Of a stretch of DNA of 32,000 nt, positions 8,784 through 17,583 are shown one piece after another. The DNA is from Pseudodesulfovibrio mercurii (GTDB taxonomy: Bacteria > Desulfobacterota > Desulfovibrionia > Desulfovibrionales > Desulfovibrionaceae). The stretch's first letter is position 1; every line of letters begins with the position of its first letter. Under the pieces are notes generated by a model. The model worked only from the letters and a program-made list of their open reading frames with translations, made no database searches and had not been told where the DNA came from. The position numbers and the translations under genes were made by a program. The stretch spans positions 150,001 to 182,000 of the forward strand of contig NC_016803.1 of assembly GCF_000189295.2 (NCBI RefSeq). Direction: 5' to 3'.

Positions 8784-9775
8784 TGAAAGCGTTTGTGCGC
8801 GACGTGGCCGGACTGGTGCGGGCCGAGGAGCCCTTTGTCCTGGCCACGGTGGTGGAGAGTTCCGGGTCCACGCCCCGGTCTTCGGGCGCGAAGATGGCCG
8901 TGCGGCCCGACGGGTCCATTTTCGGCACCGTGGGCGGCGGTCTGGCCGAGGCCCAGGCCTGCCGGGCGGCCGTGGAGATGTTGACGAACGGCGCCAAGGA
9001 CGGCGAGGCCAGGCTGATGTTCGTGGACATGACCCAGGAACTGGCCGCGAATTCCGACATGATCTGCGGCGGCGGGCTGTCCCTGCTCCTGGAAATGGCC
9101 GCTCCGGGCGGTGATTGCGCCCGCGTCTACGCCGAACTCGATCACCGGTTGCGCACGGGGGCGATCTCCACGCTGACCACGCGCATCCACGGCGGCAAGA
9201 CCCCGCGCATCCTCGGGCACGAGCTGCTGTTCGGCAGGTCGGTCGGCGAGGAGCCGGTCTTTTCGCGCGAGGCCGACCCCATGGTCCTGGACGAACCGTT
9301 CATCCCGCCCGCGCCGCTGTACATTTTCGGGGCCGGGCACGTGTCCCGGTTCACCGCGCGGGTGGCGGCCATGGTCGGCTTCCGCACCGTGGTCCTGGAC
9401 GATCGCGCGGACTACGCCAACCGCGAGCGGTTCCCCGAGGTGGACGAGGTGGTGGTCCTCGACTCCTTCGAGGGGTGCTGCGATGCCTTCAAGGACGATC
9501 CCGAGGCCTTCGTGGTCATCGTCACGCGCGGCCACCTGCACGACCGCAACGTCCTGGCCGAGGCCCTGCGCACCAGGGCGCACTACGTGGGCATGATCGG
9601 CAGCTCCACCAAGCGGAACAAGATTTACGACTCCCTGCTGGCCGACGGTTTCACCCAGGCCGACATCGATCGCTGCTACAGCCCCATCGGGCTGCCCATC
9701 GGCGGGCGGACCCCGGAGGAAATCGCGGTCAGTATCGTGGGCGAACTCATCCAGGTCCGGGCGGGCAAGCAATGA
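8780..9775 (+). CDS. xdhC: XdhC/CoxI-family molybdenum cofactor insertion chaperone
   Basis: N-terminal FVLATVVESSGSTPRSSGAKMAV...GTVGGG, then the Rossmann-like half LYIFGAGHVS...VIVTRGH. AGGAG at 8771-8775. The ATG at 8780 overlaps the upstream stop (ATGA); the ATG at 8783 is an alternative. Confidence 0.9.
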   Translation: MMKAFVRDVAGLVRAEEPFVLATVVESSGSTPRSSGAKMAVRPDGSIFGTVGGGLAEAQACRAAVEMLTNGAKDGEARLMFVDMTQELAANSDMICGGGLSLLLEMAAPGGDCARVYAELDHRLRTGAISTLTTRIHGGKTPRILGHELLFGRSVGEEPVFSREADPMVLDEPFIPPAPLYIFGAGHVSRFTARVAAMVGFRTVVLDDRADYANRERFPEVDEVVVLDSFEGCCDAFKDDPEAFVVIVTRGHLHDRNVLAEALRTRAHYVGMIGSSTKRNKIYDSLLADGFTQADIDRCYSPIGLPIGGRTPEEIAVSIVGELIQVRAGKQ

Positions 9776-10920
9776 AGGGGCTGACCGCGATCATCCCGGC
9801 CGCGGGGCTGTCCTCGCGCGTGGGCAGGTTCAAGCCGCTCCTGCCCCTTGACGGCGGCACGGTCCTGTCGCGTTGCGTTCGGCTGTTCAGGACGTGCGGC
9901 GTGGAGCGGGTCGTGGTGGTCACGGGCAAGCGCGCCGACGAGGTGGCCGCCTGCGCCATGGAGGCCGGGGCCGAGGCCGTGCACAACGCGGCCTTCGAGC
10001 AGGGCATGTATTCCTCGGTCCTGACCGGGGTGCGCGCCCTCGAGCCGGACGTGGACGCCTTTTTCATGCTTCCGGCGGACATCCCCCTGGTGCGGCCCGA
10101 GACCGTGACGCGGCTCATGGACGCCTACTCGCGCACGCGATCCACCGTGCTCTACCCCCGGTTCGCCGGGAAGCGCGGCCACCCGCCGATCATCGCCGCC
10201 GAGGTCGTCCCGGACATCCTCGCCCATGACGGGAGCGGGGGGCTGCGGACCGTGCTGAGCCGGTTCGAGGCGGGAGCGCGCGACCTGGACGTGGCAGATT
10301 TCGGAATCTCGTACGACCTGGACCATCTCGAGGACTACGAGATGGCCTTGGCCGTGGCCGGGATAGGCTATCCCCTCGCGGACGAGTGCCGCGAACTGTT
10401 CCGGTTGCAGGGGGTTTCGGACCACATCCGGAACCACTGCCGGGCCGTGGCCGCCGTGGCCTCGGCCCTGTGCGAACGGTTGAACGGCCGTCTGGACGAG
10501 CGCCGGGCCGCCGGGACCCGCGTGGTCCGGCTGGATCCCGGCCTGGTCCTGGGCGCGGCCCTGACCCACGACATCGGCAAGGGCACCAAGCGGCACGAGG
10601 CCGCCGGGGCCGAACTGCTCCGCGCCCACGGTTTTCCCGCCGCGGCCGACGTCGTGGGCGCCCATTTCGACGTGGCCCTGGCCGACGACGCGCCGATCAC
10701 CGAGAAGGAGGTCGTCTTCCTGGCCGACAAGCTGGTCCGCTGCCACGGGCCGGTCCCGCTGGCGGACCGCTACATGGAGAAGGTGGCCATGTACCGGCAC
10801 GAGGAGGGCGCGGAGGAGGCCATCCTGGGACGGCTCGGCCGGGCCAGGGCGGTCATGGACCGCTTCGACCGCGAGATGGCCGATTCGTCCGAACGCATCG
10901 CCGGGCAGGCCCTGTCGTGA
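9772..10920 (+). CDS. MobA/MocA-like NTP transferase fused to a C-terminal HD-domain phosphohydrolase
   Basis: The ATG at 9772 overlaps the xdhC stop (ATGA). N-terminus IIPAAGLSSRVGRFKPLLPL (nucleotidyltransferase P-loop-like) and MLPADIPLV. The C-terminal half has H...LTHDIGKG (HD signature). Confidence 0.9.
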   Translation: MKGLTAIIPAAGLSSRVGRFKPLLPLDGGTVLSRCVRLFRTCGVERVVVVTGKRADEVAACAMEAGAEAVHNAAFEQGMYSSVLTGVRALEPDVDAFFMLPADIPLVRPETVTRLMDAYSRTRSTVLYPRFAGKRGHPPIIAAEVVPDILAHDGSGGLRTVLSRFEAGARDLDVADFGISYDLDHLEDYEMALAVAGIGYPLADECRELFRLQGVSDHIRNHCRAVAAVASALCERLNGRLDERRAAGTRVVRLDPGLVLGAALTHDIGKGTKRHEAAGAELLRAHGFPAAADVVGAHFDVALADDAPITEKEVVFLADKLVRCHGPVPLADRYMEKVAMYRHEEGAEEAILGRLGRARAVMDRFDREMADSSERIAGQALS

Positions 10921-11516
10921 TCGTGCTCCTGCGCCATGCCCGGACCGAGGGCGGCCGGGGGATGTGCGTGGGGCGCACGCCCCTGCTTCTCTCGCCCGAG
11001 GGACACGTCCAGGCCCTGGACCTGGCCGGATGTTTCGTGGAGATTCCGTGGGCGCGGCTCTGTTCCAGCCCGGCGCGCCGGGCGCGGGAGACCCTGAGCC
11101 CGCTGGCCGCCCGGCTGGGCAGGGTCGTGGACATCCTGCCCGCCCTGGACGAGATCGACATGGGCGCGTGGGACGGGTTGCCCTTCGAGGTCCTCCGTGA
11201 GCGGTTTCCCGAGGCCTACGCGGCGCGCGGGCAGGGGCTCGGCCGGTTCCGGGTGCCGGGCGGGGAGAGCTTCGCCGACGTGGCCGACCGGGCCATGGCC
11301 GTTTTGGAGGAGTTGGCCCGAGGTCCGCAGCCGGTGCTGGCGGCGACCCACGCGGGCGTGCTCCGGGCGGTGCGCTGCCGTCTGACCGGCCATCCCCTGG
11401 ACGATCTGTTCCGCTTCACGCCGGGCAACGCGCAGTGCACGGTCCTCGGCACGGACGGCGGGTTGTCCCTTGCCGCTGCCGACCTGGACGCGCCTGCGGT
11501 GCGCGAACTGTTCTGA
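10917..11516 (+). CDS. Histidine phosphatase family protein (CobC / phosphoglycerate-mutase-like)
   Basis: The GTG at 10917 overlaps the upstream stop (GTGA). LLRHARTEG (RHG-type catalytic His) and a second catalytic-His block, LAATHAGVLRA. Confidence 0.85.
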   Translation: MIVLLRHARTEGGRGMCVGRTPLLLSPEGHVQALDLAGCFVEIPWARLCSSPARRARETLSPLAARLGRVVDILPALDEIDMGAWDGLPFEVLRERFPEAYAARGQGLGRFRVPGGESFADVADRAMAVLEELARGPQPVLAATHAGVLRAVRCRLTGHPLDDLFRFTPGNAQCTVLGTDGGLSLAAADLDAPAVRELF

Positions 11517-11534
11517 ATTCCTTCCGGGCCGTTG

Positions 11535-12419
11535 TCACAGCCGTTTCTGGACGAATTTCGAATTGCTCGAATAGAAGATGTTGTAGACAAGGGTCAGCAG
11601 GCAGGCGAACGCCGCCGAGCCGATGCCGATGGCCACGTTGTAGAAGGGCGGCGCGGTCAGGGCCAGCCTGATGAGCAGGGTGGCCAGGGCGAAGCCGGAG
11701 TTGCGGAAGACCGCCCGGAACTCGGGCAGGAACCGCTGGGCGATGAGCACCAGCATGATGTCGCTGAAGATCAGCACCGTGTAGAAGCTCTTGAAGAAGT
11801 GGAAGGGATGCTCGCCCCGGAGCACGTGCAGGCCGTTCTGGATGCCCATGCCCACGAAGATGGCCAGCATGACCAGGGCGACCAGCTTCTTGGCGGCCAC
11901 GAACTTGAACAGCGGGGTGCCCCCCCTGATGGTTTCGTCCAGGTTGCGGCGCAGCAGGGCGTAGACCCCGAGCAGGCAGAAGATGATTACGGCCCCGCAG
12001 CCGTCCGAGATGAGTTCCCACAGCTCGGTCTCGTGGCCGGTGATGGTGATGGGTTCCGGGAAGTCCGCCAGGGTCTTGAAGGCGTCCCTAAGCAGGATCA
12101 GGGCCAGGATCTCGAACTGCTTGCCCACGGACTTGGAGATGGAGCAGGGCAGGGTGAAGATCAGGCCGACCACCTCCAGGACCAGGACCAGGGTGAAGGC
12201 CAGGTTGATGGCCATGAAGTGGCTGGTCGGGATCATTGCTCCGAGCTGCCCGGTGATCCAGCCCTGCCGTTTCATCTCGATGGTGATCAGCGCCAGGACG
12301 AAGACCACCACCAGGAAGCCGGCCACGGCCCGCTGGGTGGAGTCCCTTTCCCAGAAGTGGTGCAGGGGATCGAAGGTGAAGGTCACCAGGTCGTATATCT
12401 TGTGCATGGGATGTAGCAT
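11535..12419 (-). CDS. Polytopic integral membrane protein, function unknown
   Basis: Six or more hydrophobic segments (VAGFLVVVFVLALITI, FMAINLAFTLVLVLEVVGLIF, GAVIIFCLLGVYALL, LVALVMLAIFVGMGI, TVLIFSDIMLVLIA, IGIGSAAFACLLTLV). I prefer the ATG at 12419, preceded by GGAAGAG, over the TTG at 12458 used by the ORF track. It converges on the phosphatase gene with an 18-nt gap. Confidence 0.75.
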   Translation of the reverse strand: MLHPMHKIYDLVTFTFDPLHHFWERDSTQRAVAGFLVVVFVLALITIEMKRQGWITGQLGAMIPTSHFMAINLAFTLVLVLEVVGLIFTLPCSISKSVGKQFEILALILLRDAFKTLADFPEPITITGHETELWELISDGCGAVIIFCLLGVYALLRRNLDETIRGGTPLFKFVAAKKLVALVMLAIFVGMGIQNGLHVLRGEHPFHFFKSFYTVLIFSDIMLVLIAQRFLPEFRAVFRNSGFALATLLIRLALTAPPFYNVAIGIGSAAFACLLTLVYNIFYSSNSKFVQKRL

Positions 12420-12499
12420 GATCTCTTCCGGATAAGTCCATCGGTTGCGCGCCGTCAACCGGCACGGTCGATGAACTAGCAGGGACCGTGCGGAAAGTA

Positions 12500-12518
12500 A
12501 ATAGGAAATATTCCTATT
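12500..12518. repeat. AT-rich perfect hairpin/palindrome AATAGGAA-ATA-TTCCTATT
   Basis: 8-bp arms and a 3-nt loop. It lies 3 nt beyond the helicase stop and about 80 nt upstream of the membrane-protein start. A second stem (GCACGGTC 12463-12470 / GACCGTGC 12484-12491) sits beside it. Its function is not resolvable from sequence; it could be a terminator or an operator. Confidence 0.5.
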
Positions 12519-12521
12519 AAC

Positions 12522-15500
12522 CTAAATTTCGAAAAGCATTTCGAGGTCGTCGCGGGTCAGGCTCTTGAGGGCGGACTGGCCGGGGATGATCGCTTCGGCC
12601 ACGTCCTTCTTCTGCTCCTGGAGCTTGAGGATGCGCTCTTCCACGGTGTTCTGGCGGATCATCTTGTAGGCGAAGACCTGGCGCTTCTGGCCGATGCGGT
12701 GGGTACGGTCCGTGGCCTGGTTCTCCACGGCCGGGTTCCACCACGGGTCGTAGTGGATGACGTAGTCCGCGCTGGTCAGGTTCAGGCCGGTGCCGCCCGC
12801 CTTGAGGGAGATGAGGAAGATGGGGATGTCCGGGTTCTCGTTGAAGCGGTCCACCTGCTCGAAGCGGTCCTTGGACGAGCCGTCCAGGTAGGCGAAGGGG
12901 ATCTCCCGGATTTGCAGCCAGTTGCGGATGACATGGAGCATCTGCACGAACTGGGAGAAGACCAGGACCTTGTGGCCGCCTTCGATGATGTCCACCACCA
13001 AATCCTTGAAGGCGTCGAACTTGCCGGACGGCAGGTTGGTGGACACGCCGGGCATGTCGAGTTTGAGCAGGCGCGGGTGGCAGCAGATCTGCCTGAGCTT
13101 GAGCAGGGCGTCCAGGATGGACATCTGGCTCTTGGCCATGCCCTTCTCGTCCACGTCCTTGAGGACCTGGTCCTTGAGCTTCTTGGCCAGGGCGTTGTAC
13201 AGCTCGCGCTGCTCGTCCACAAGGTCGCAGTAGTGCGTGGTCTCGATCTTGGGCGGCAGGTCCTTGGCCACCTCGGCCTTGGTGCGGCGCAGGATGAACG
13301 GCTTGACCCGCGTGCGCAGGTAATCCAGCGTCTCCTCGTCGCCGTCCTTGATGGGCTTGACGATGCCGCGCTGGAACGAGTGCTGGGAGCCCAGGAAGCC
13401 GGGCATGAGAAATTCGAACAGGGACCAGAGCTCGAACAGGTTGTTCTCGATGGGCGTGCCCGACAGGCAGACGCGCAGGCCTGCTTCGAGCTTGCGCACC
13501 GAGCGGGCGGTGATGGTGTTCGGGTTTTTGATGTTCTGGGCCTCGTCCAGGATGACGCTGGCGTACTCGTACTTGAGCAGTTCGTCGAGGTCGCGCCGCA
13601 GCAGGGCGTAGGTGGTGATGACCAGGTGGGAGTCCTTGATGTGCTGGAACAGCCCCTCGCGCTTGGCTCCGTAGATGGTCAGCCGCTTCAGGCCGGGCAC
13701 GAACTTCTGGGCCTCGCGCTCCCAGTTGGGCAGGACCGAGGTGGGCACGATGATCAGGTTCGGCCCGGTCACGCCGCTGTCCACCAGGGACTGGATGTAG
13801 GACAGGGTCTGGATGGTCTTGCCGAGCCCCATCTCGTCGGCCAGGATGCCGCCGAAGCCGTATTCGCGCAGGAAGTTCAGGTAGCTCAGGCCCTGAATCT
13901 GGTAGGGGCGCAGGGTGGCCTGCAGCTCCTTGGGCTGGGCGATGATCTTGATCTGGTCGAAGTTGTTGATCTTCTCGCGCAGCTTGACGAAAAATTCATC
14001 GGTCTGGGCCTGGGGCAGGTCCTCCAGGATCTTTTCGAGCACCGGGGCCTCGAACTGGTTGAACTGCTGCTTGGGGGCCTTTTCCGGGTCGAAGCCCAGG
14101 GCCTTGAGCTTGTGGCCGAGCTTGTTCAGCCAGGACTCGGGCAGGCTGGTGTAGGAGCCGTCCTTGAGCTGGACGTACCGCTTGCCCTTGGTCCACGCCT
14201 CCCAGATGACGTCGATGGGCACGCGCTGGTCGTCGTACTGCACGGACAGCTCGAGGTTGAACCACTTGTCCTCCTCGTCGCTCTCCACCTCGGCCACGAC
14301 CACGGGCTGCGTGGTGCGCACCTTGTAGCGGGTCAGGTTCTGTTCGCCGTAGACCCGGTAGGCCTCGACCAGCTGCGGGTAGTGGTCCAGCAGGAAGTTG
14401 ATGGCCTCCTCCTGTTCCATGAACCAGATGTGGTTGTTCCGGGGCTGGAAATTCATGTCCTGGAGCTCGGTCAGCAGCCGGGCCTCCTCGTCCTGAGCGC
14501 GGCGGATGAGATAGGACTTGCCGCCCTCGTGGTAGGAGCCGGTCTGCAGGTCCGGGTTGGGGCCGGGCATGATGAACTCCCCGTGCTCGTTGGAGTAGAT
14601 GTTCTGGATCTTGAGCACGAGCAGGGAGCCCTCCTCGTCGAGGTAGAGCTTGGGGTCGTAGTCCGCGTCCTGGAAGATGGGACCGACCCGCTCCAAGAAG
14701 TCCTCCTGGCCGTAGAGGTCGCTGACCGGAATCTGGGTCCAGACGCGGTCCAGGAACTCGGACACGTCGGCGTGGGGCACGATGGGCTTCTGCTCGACCA
14801 TGCCCTGGACCAGCTTGGGGTCCAGCCCGGTCTGCACCGGGTAGAAGGAGTTCTTGTAGTAGACCCACAGCGGCAGCCGCCCGTAGAAATAGATCTCCTC
14901 CTCGTCGGTGATGGGGAAGGGCATCTTGTCCTCCCGGGCCAGGAGGATGTCGAAGGACAGGCCGTCCTCGCTCAGCGCGGGCGAGAGCTTGAGCTGCATG
15001 GTCTTGGACTCGATGGTCACGGGCTGGTCGGTCTCGCGCAGATAGAGGTAATACTCGTTCTTGATGGCGCGGAAGAACCAGGAGTGCAGGCCCGCCGGAA
15101 TCTCGACCTTGTGGCCCCAGTAGTCCAGGTAGTGGCCGATCTGCTCGGCCACGCCGGGCAGGGCCGGGGAGGTGTCGCACCAGTCGGCGTTCTCGACGAT
15201 CTGGGCCAGGGTGACCTCGTTCTGGACCTGGGAGATGCCGGACTTGTTCTGCCGGGCGCGGAAGAAGGCCACCTGCAACCGGCCCAGCTCCGGGTAGATG
15301 CGGTAGATGAGGTAGTGGCGGCCCGCCTCGGGTTCGAGCTCGGTGGCGAAGAAGGGGCGGAAGGTCTGGCGCCAGTCCGTGCGCGGGGTGGGCATCTCGC
15401 CGCCGGACTCGGTGTCCAGGGACTTGAGCAGCTTGATGGCCGTGGCGGCCACGTGACGGCAGACCCCGGAGAAGGAATCCGGGCAGTTGCAGTAGTAATT

Positions 15501-15731
15501 GATGGTCTTGTCAGACAGGTTCAACCCGATTTCCGAGGTGTAGTTCTGGAAATCGTCGCCCTGCACCTGGCCGTCGATGTCCCAATACTGTTCCCGCTTC
15601 TTCAGGTCCAGTTTTGCGACGCCGTTCTCCGCCACGATGCCATGGGCACTCTCCAGGATGTAGTCCGGCACGCTGTCGCCGATGAAATCCTGGAGTATGG
15701 ATTTGACTATCTGTTCTTCACCGCTGCTCAT
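12522..15731 (-). CDS. SNF2-family ATPase/helicase with an N-terminal SWIM zinc finger
   Basis: SWIM motif C81-x-C83-x7-C91-x-H93 (CNCPDSFSGVCRH). SNF2 motifs LADEMGLGKTIQT (I), ILDEAQNIKN (II), LSGTPIEN (III). The C-terminal helicase lobe has KVLVFSQF...GGTGLNLTSADYVIHYDPWWNPAVENQATDRTHRIGQ. Confidence 0.95.
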   Translation of the reverse strand: MSSGEEQIVKSILQDFIGDSVPDYILESAHGIVAENGVAKLDLKKREQYWDIDGQVQGDDFQNYTSEIGLNLSDKTINYYCNCPDSFSGVCRHVAATAIKLLKSLDTESGGEMPTPRTDWRQTFRPFFATELEPEAGRHYLIYRIYPELGRLQVAFFRARQNKSGISQVQNEVTLAQIVENADWCDTSPALPGVAEQIGHYLDYWGHKVEIPAGLHSWFFRAIKNEYYLYLRETDQPVTIESKTMQLKLSPALSEDGLSFDILLAREDKMPFPITDEEEIYFYGRLPLWVYYKNSFYPVQTGLDPKLVQGMVEQKPIVPHADVSEFLDRVWTQIPVSDLYGQEDFLERVGPIFQDADYDPKLYLDEEGSLLVLKIQNIYSNEHGEFIMPGPNPDLQTGSYHEGGKSYLIRRAQDEEARLLTELQDMNFQPRNNHIWFMEQEEAINFLLDHYPQLVEAYRVYGEQNLTRYKVRTTQPVVVAEVESDEEDKWFNLELSVQYDDQRVPIDVIWEAWTKGKRYVQLKDGSYTSLPESWLNKLGHKLKALGFDPEKAPKQQFNQFEAPVLEKILEDLPQAQTDEFFVKLREKINNFDQIKIIAQPKELQATLRPYQIQGLSYLNFLREYGFGGILADEMGLGKTIQTLSYIQSLVDSGVTGPNLIIVPTSVLPNWEREAQKFVPGLKRLTIYGAKREGLFQHIKDSHLVITTYALLRRDLDELLKYEYASVILDEAQNIKNPNTITARSVRKLEAGLRVCLSGTPIENNLFELWSLFEFLMPGFLGSQHSFQRGIVKPIKDGDEETLDYLRTRVKPFILRRTKAEVAKDLPPKIETTHYCDLVDEQRELYNALAKKLKDQVLKDVDEKGMAKSQMSILDALLKLRQICCHPRLLKLDMPGVSTNLPSGKFDAFKDLVVDIIEGGHKVLVFSQFVQMLHVIRNWLQIREIPFAYLDGSSKDRFEQVDRFNENPDIPIFLISLKAGGTGLNLTSADYVIHYDPWWNPAVENQATDRTHRIGQKRQVFAYKMIRQNTVEERILKLQEQKKDVAEAIIPGQSALKSLTRDDLEMLFEI

Positions 15732-15930
15732 TCAATGTCTCGCGAAATCAATCAGGTCAACAAATTCGAACAGAACTTCTTACATGGAACACCGCCGATG
15801 GGCAAGCTGGATTTGTTTTCCCCCATGTCCATGTGGACCCTTGGCTTTTCGCACCCGTTGGTCCATACTGGGAACATCAGCCATGCTCGCATAATTGTAT
15901 GGGCCAACCAAACTGTTTTTGCAAGGGAAA

Positions 15931-17568
15931 ATGAGACTCGCGAACCTGATTGCCTGCCTGCTTTGCGCACTGTTCCTGACCGCCTGTTCCGACGGCGGAG
16001 GACCGGCCACGCCCGTGCCTCCGGTGAACCCGGCCGACATCCCGGCCGAGCCCGAATCGGGCGGCACGCTGGTCCAGCCGACCATCGGCGAGCCGAGCAA
16101 CCTGATCCCCATCCTGGCCACGGACGGGTCCTCCCACGAGATCGCGGGCCAGATTTACGTCGGCCTGCTCAAGTACGACAAGGACATCAACCTGGTGCCC
16201 TACGCGGCCGAGTCCTACGAGGTCCTCGACAACGGCAGGCTGCTGCGCTTCAAGCTGCGCGAGGACATTTACTGGACCGACGGGGTCCAGCTCACGGCCG
16301 ACGACGTGGAGTTCACCTACCGTCTGACCATCGACCCCAAGACGCCCACGGCCTATGCGGGCAACTTCAAGCTGGTCAAGGAATTCCGCAAGACCGGCAG
16401 ATTCTCCTTCGAGGTGACCTACGACAGGCCGTTCGCCAAGGCCCTGGTCTCCTGGGCCACGGACATCCTGCCCAAGCACCTCCTGGAGGGCGAGGACCTG
16501 CTGAACACCAGGTACAGCCGCGCACCCGTGGGGGCCGGGCCGTACATGCTCACGGAGTGGACCGCGGGCAGCCAGCTGGTCCTGACGGCCAATCCGAATT
16601 TCTTCGAGGGCAAGCCGTACATCGACCGCATCGTCTACCGCATGATTCCGGACATGGGCACCCAGTTCCTGGAGCTCAAGGCCGGGAACCTCGACATGAT
16701 GGGGCTCGATCCCCTGCAATACCTCTACCAGACCTCCGGGCCGGGCTGGGACGGCAGTTTCCAGAAGTTCGAGTTCCTGGCCTCGGGCTACACCTTCCTC
16801 GGCTTCAACTTCAAGCACCCGTTCTTTCAGGACGTGCGCGTGCGACAGGCCGTCGACTACGCCATCGACCGCCGCGAGTTGGTCAAGGGCGTGCTCTACG
16901 GGCTGGGCGCGGCGGCCAACGGGCCGTACAAGCCGGGCACCTGGCAGTACGACATGAACGTCAAGCCGCGCCCCTATGACCCGGCCAAGGCCCGCGAGCT
17001 CCTGGCCGAGGCGGGCTGGACCGATTCGGACGGCGACGGCTGGCTGGACAAGGACGGCAAGCGGTTCGCCATCTCGATCATCACCAACCAGGGCAACACC
17101 CAGCGCATCAAGACCGGGGTCATCCTCCAGCAGCGGCTCAGGGACGTGGGCATCCAGGTCTCCCTGCGCACGGTGGAGTGGGCCGCGTTCATCAAGGAGT
17201 TCGTGGACAAGGGCCGTTTCGACGCCATCATCCTCGGCTGGAACATCCTCCAGGACCCCGACATCTACGACGTGTGGCATTCCTCCCAGGCCGTGGACGG
17301 CGGGCTGAACTTCACCCGCTACGTCAACCCCGAGCTGGACGAATTGCTGGAACGGGGGCGGCATCTGGTCGGGCAGGCGGCGCGCAAGCCCCTCTACGAC
17401 CGGGTGCAGGAGATCCTGCACGACGACGCGCCCTATTGCTTTCTCTACGTGCCCATGGCCCTGCCCATCGTCCAGGCCCGGATTCAGAACATCAAGGCCG
17501 CCCCGGCGGGAATCTCCTATAATTCCGAAAAGTGGTGGATACCGCGCGGGCTGCAACATCAGCCGTAA
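15931..17568 (+). CDS. ABC transporter substrate-binding lipoprotein, family 5 (peptide/nickel/opine type)
   Basis: The ATG at 15931 is preceded by AAGGGA. Signal peptide and lipobox: MRLANLIACLLCALFLTAC. The family-5 N-terminus is GGTLVQPTIGEPSNLIPILATD...YVGLLKYD. The ORF-track start at 15895 adds 12 aa without an RBS. Confidence 0.9.
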   Translation: MRLANLIACLLCALFLTACSDGGGPATPVPPVNPADIPAEPESGGTLVQPTIGEPSNLIPILATDGSSHEIAGQIYVGLLKYDKDINLVPYAAESYEVLDNGRLLRFKLREDIYWTDGVQLTADDVEFTYRLTIDPKTPTAYAGNFKLVKEFRKTGRFSFEVTYDRPFAKALVSWATDILPKHLLEGEDLLNTRYSRAPVGAGPYMLTEWTAGSQLVLTANPNFFEGKPYIDRIVYRMIPDMGTQFLELKAGNLDMMGLDPLQYLYQTSGPGWDGSFQKFEFLASGYTFLGFNFKHPFFQDVRVRQAVDYAIDRRELVKGVLYGLGAAANGPYKPGTWQYDMNVKPRPYDPAKARELLAEAGWTDSDGDGWLDKDGKRFAISIITNQGNTQRIKTGVILQQRLRDVGIQVSLRTVEWAAFIKEFVDKGRFDAIILGWNILQDPDIYDVWHSSQAVDGGLNFTRYVNPELDELLERGRHLVGQAARKPLYDRVQEILHDDAPYCFLYVPMALPIVQARIQNIKAAPAGISYNSEKWWIPRGLQHQP

Positions 17569-17583
17569 CACGGACGGACATAT

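Noticed and set aside
11517-11534. An 18-nt gap between the convergent phosphatase and membrane-protein genes, with no hairpin. I considered it as a possible site of antisense or convergent-transcription regulation.
   Set aside because: There is nothing in the sequence beyond the absence of a terminator. It cannot be evaluated without transcript data.
12420-12458. The TTG start at 12458 that the ORF track gives the membrane protein.
   Set aside because: No RBS precedes it. The ATG at 12419 is preceded by GGAAGAG at a suitable distance. The choice remains uncertain but does not change the call.
12699-16979. Very long ORFs antisense to, or out of frame with, confident genes. Examples are the 1426-aa ORF at 12699-16979 (+) and those at 17620-20403 (-), 15877-17571 (-), 21105-23096 (+), 26237-28399 (+), 8399-9772 (-), 7425-8723 (-), 6449-7531 (-) and 29915-31468 (-). 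Many shorter ones in the track are of the same kind.
   Set aside because: Their translations are Arg/Gly/Ala/Pro/Val/Asp-rich low-complexity strings with no motifs. They lie opposite genes with strong family signatures. Open antisense frames are expected in GC3-rich DNA because stop codons are AT-rich.
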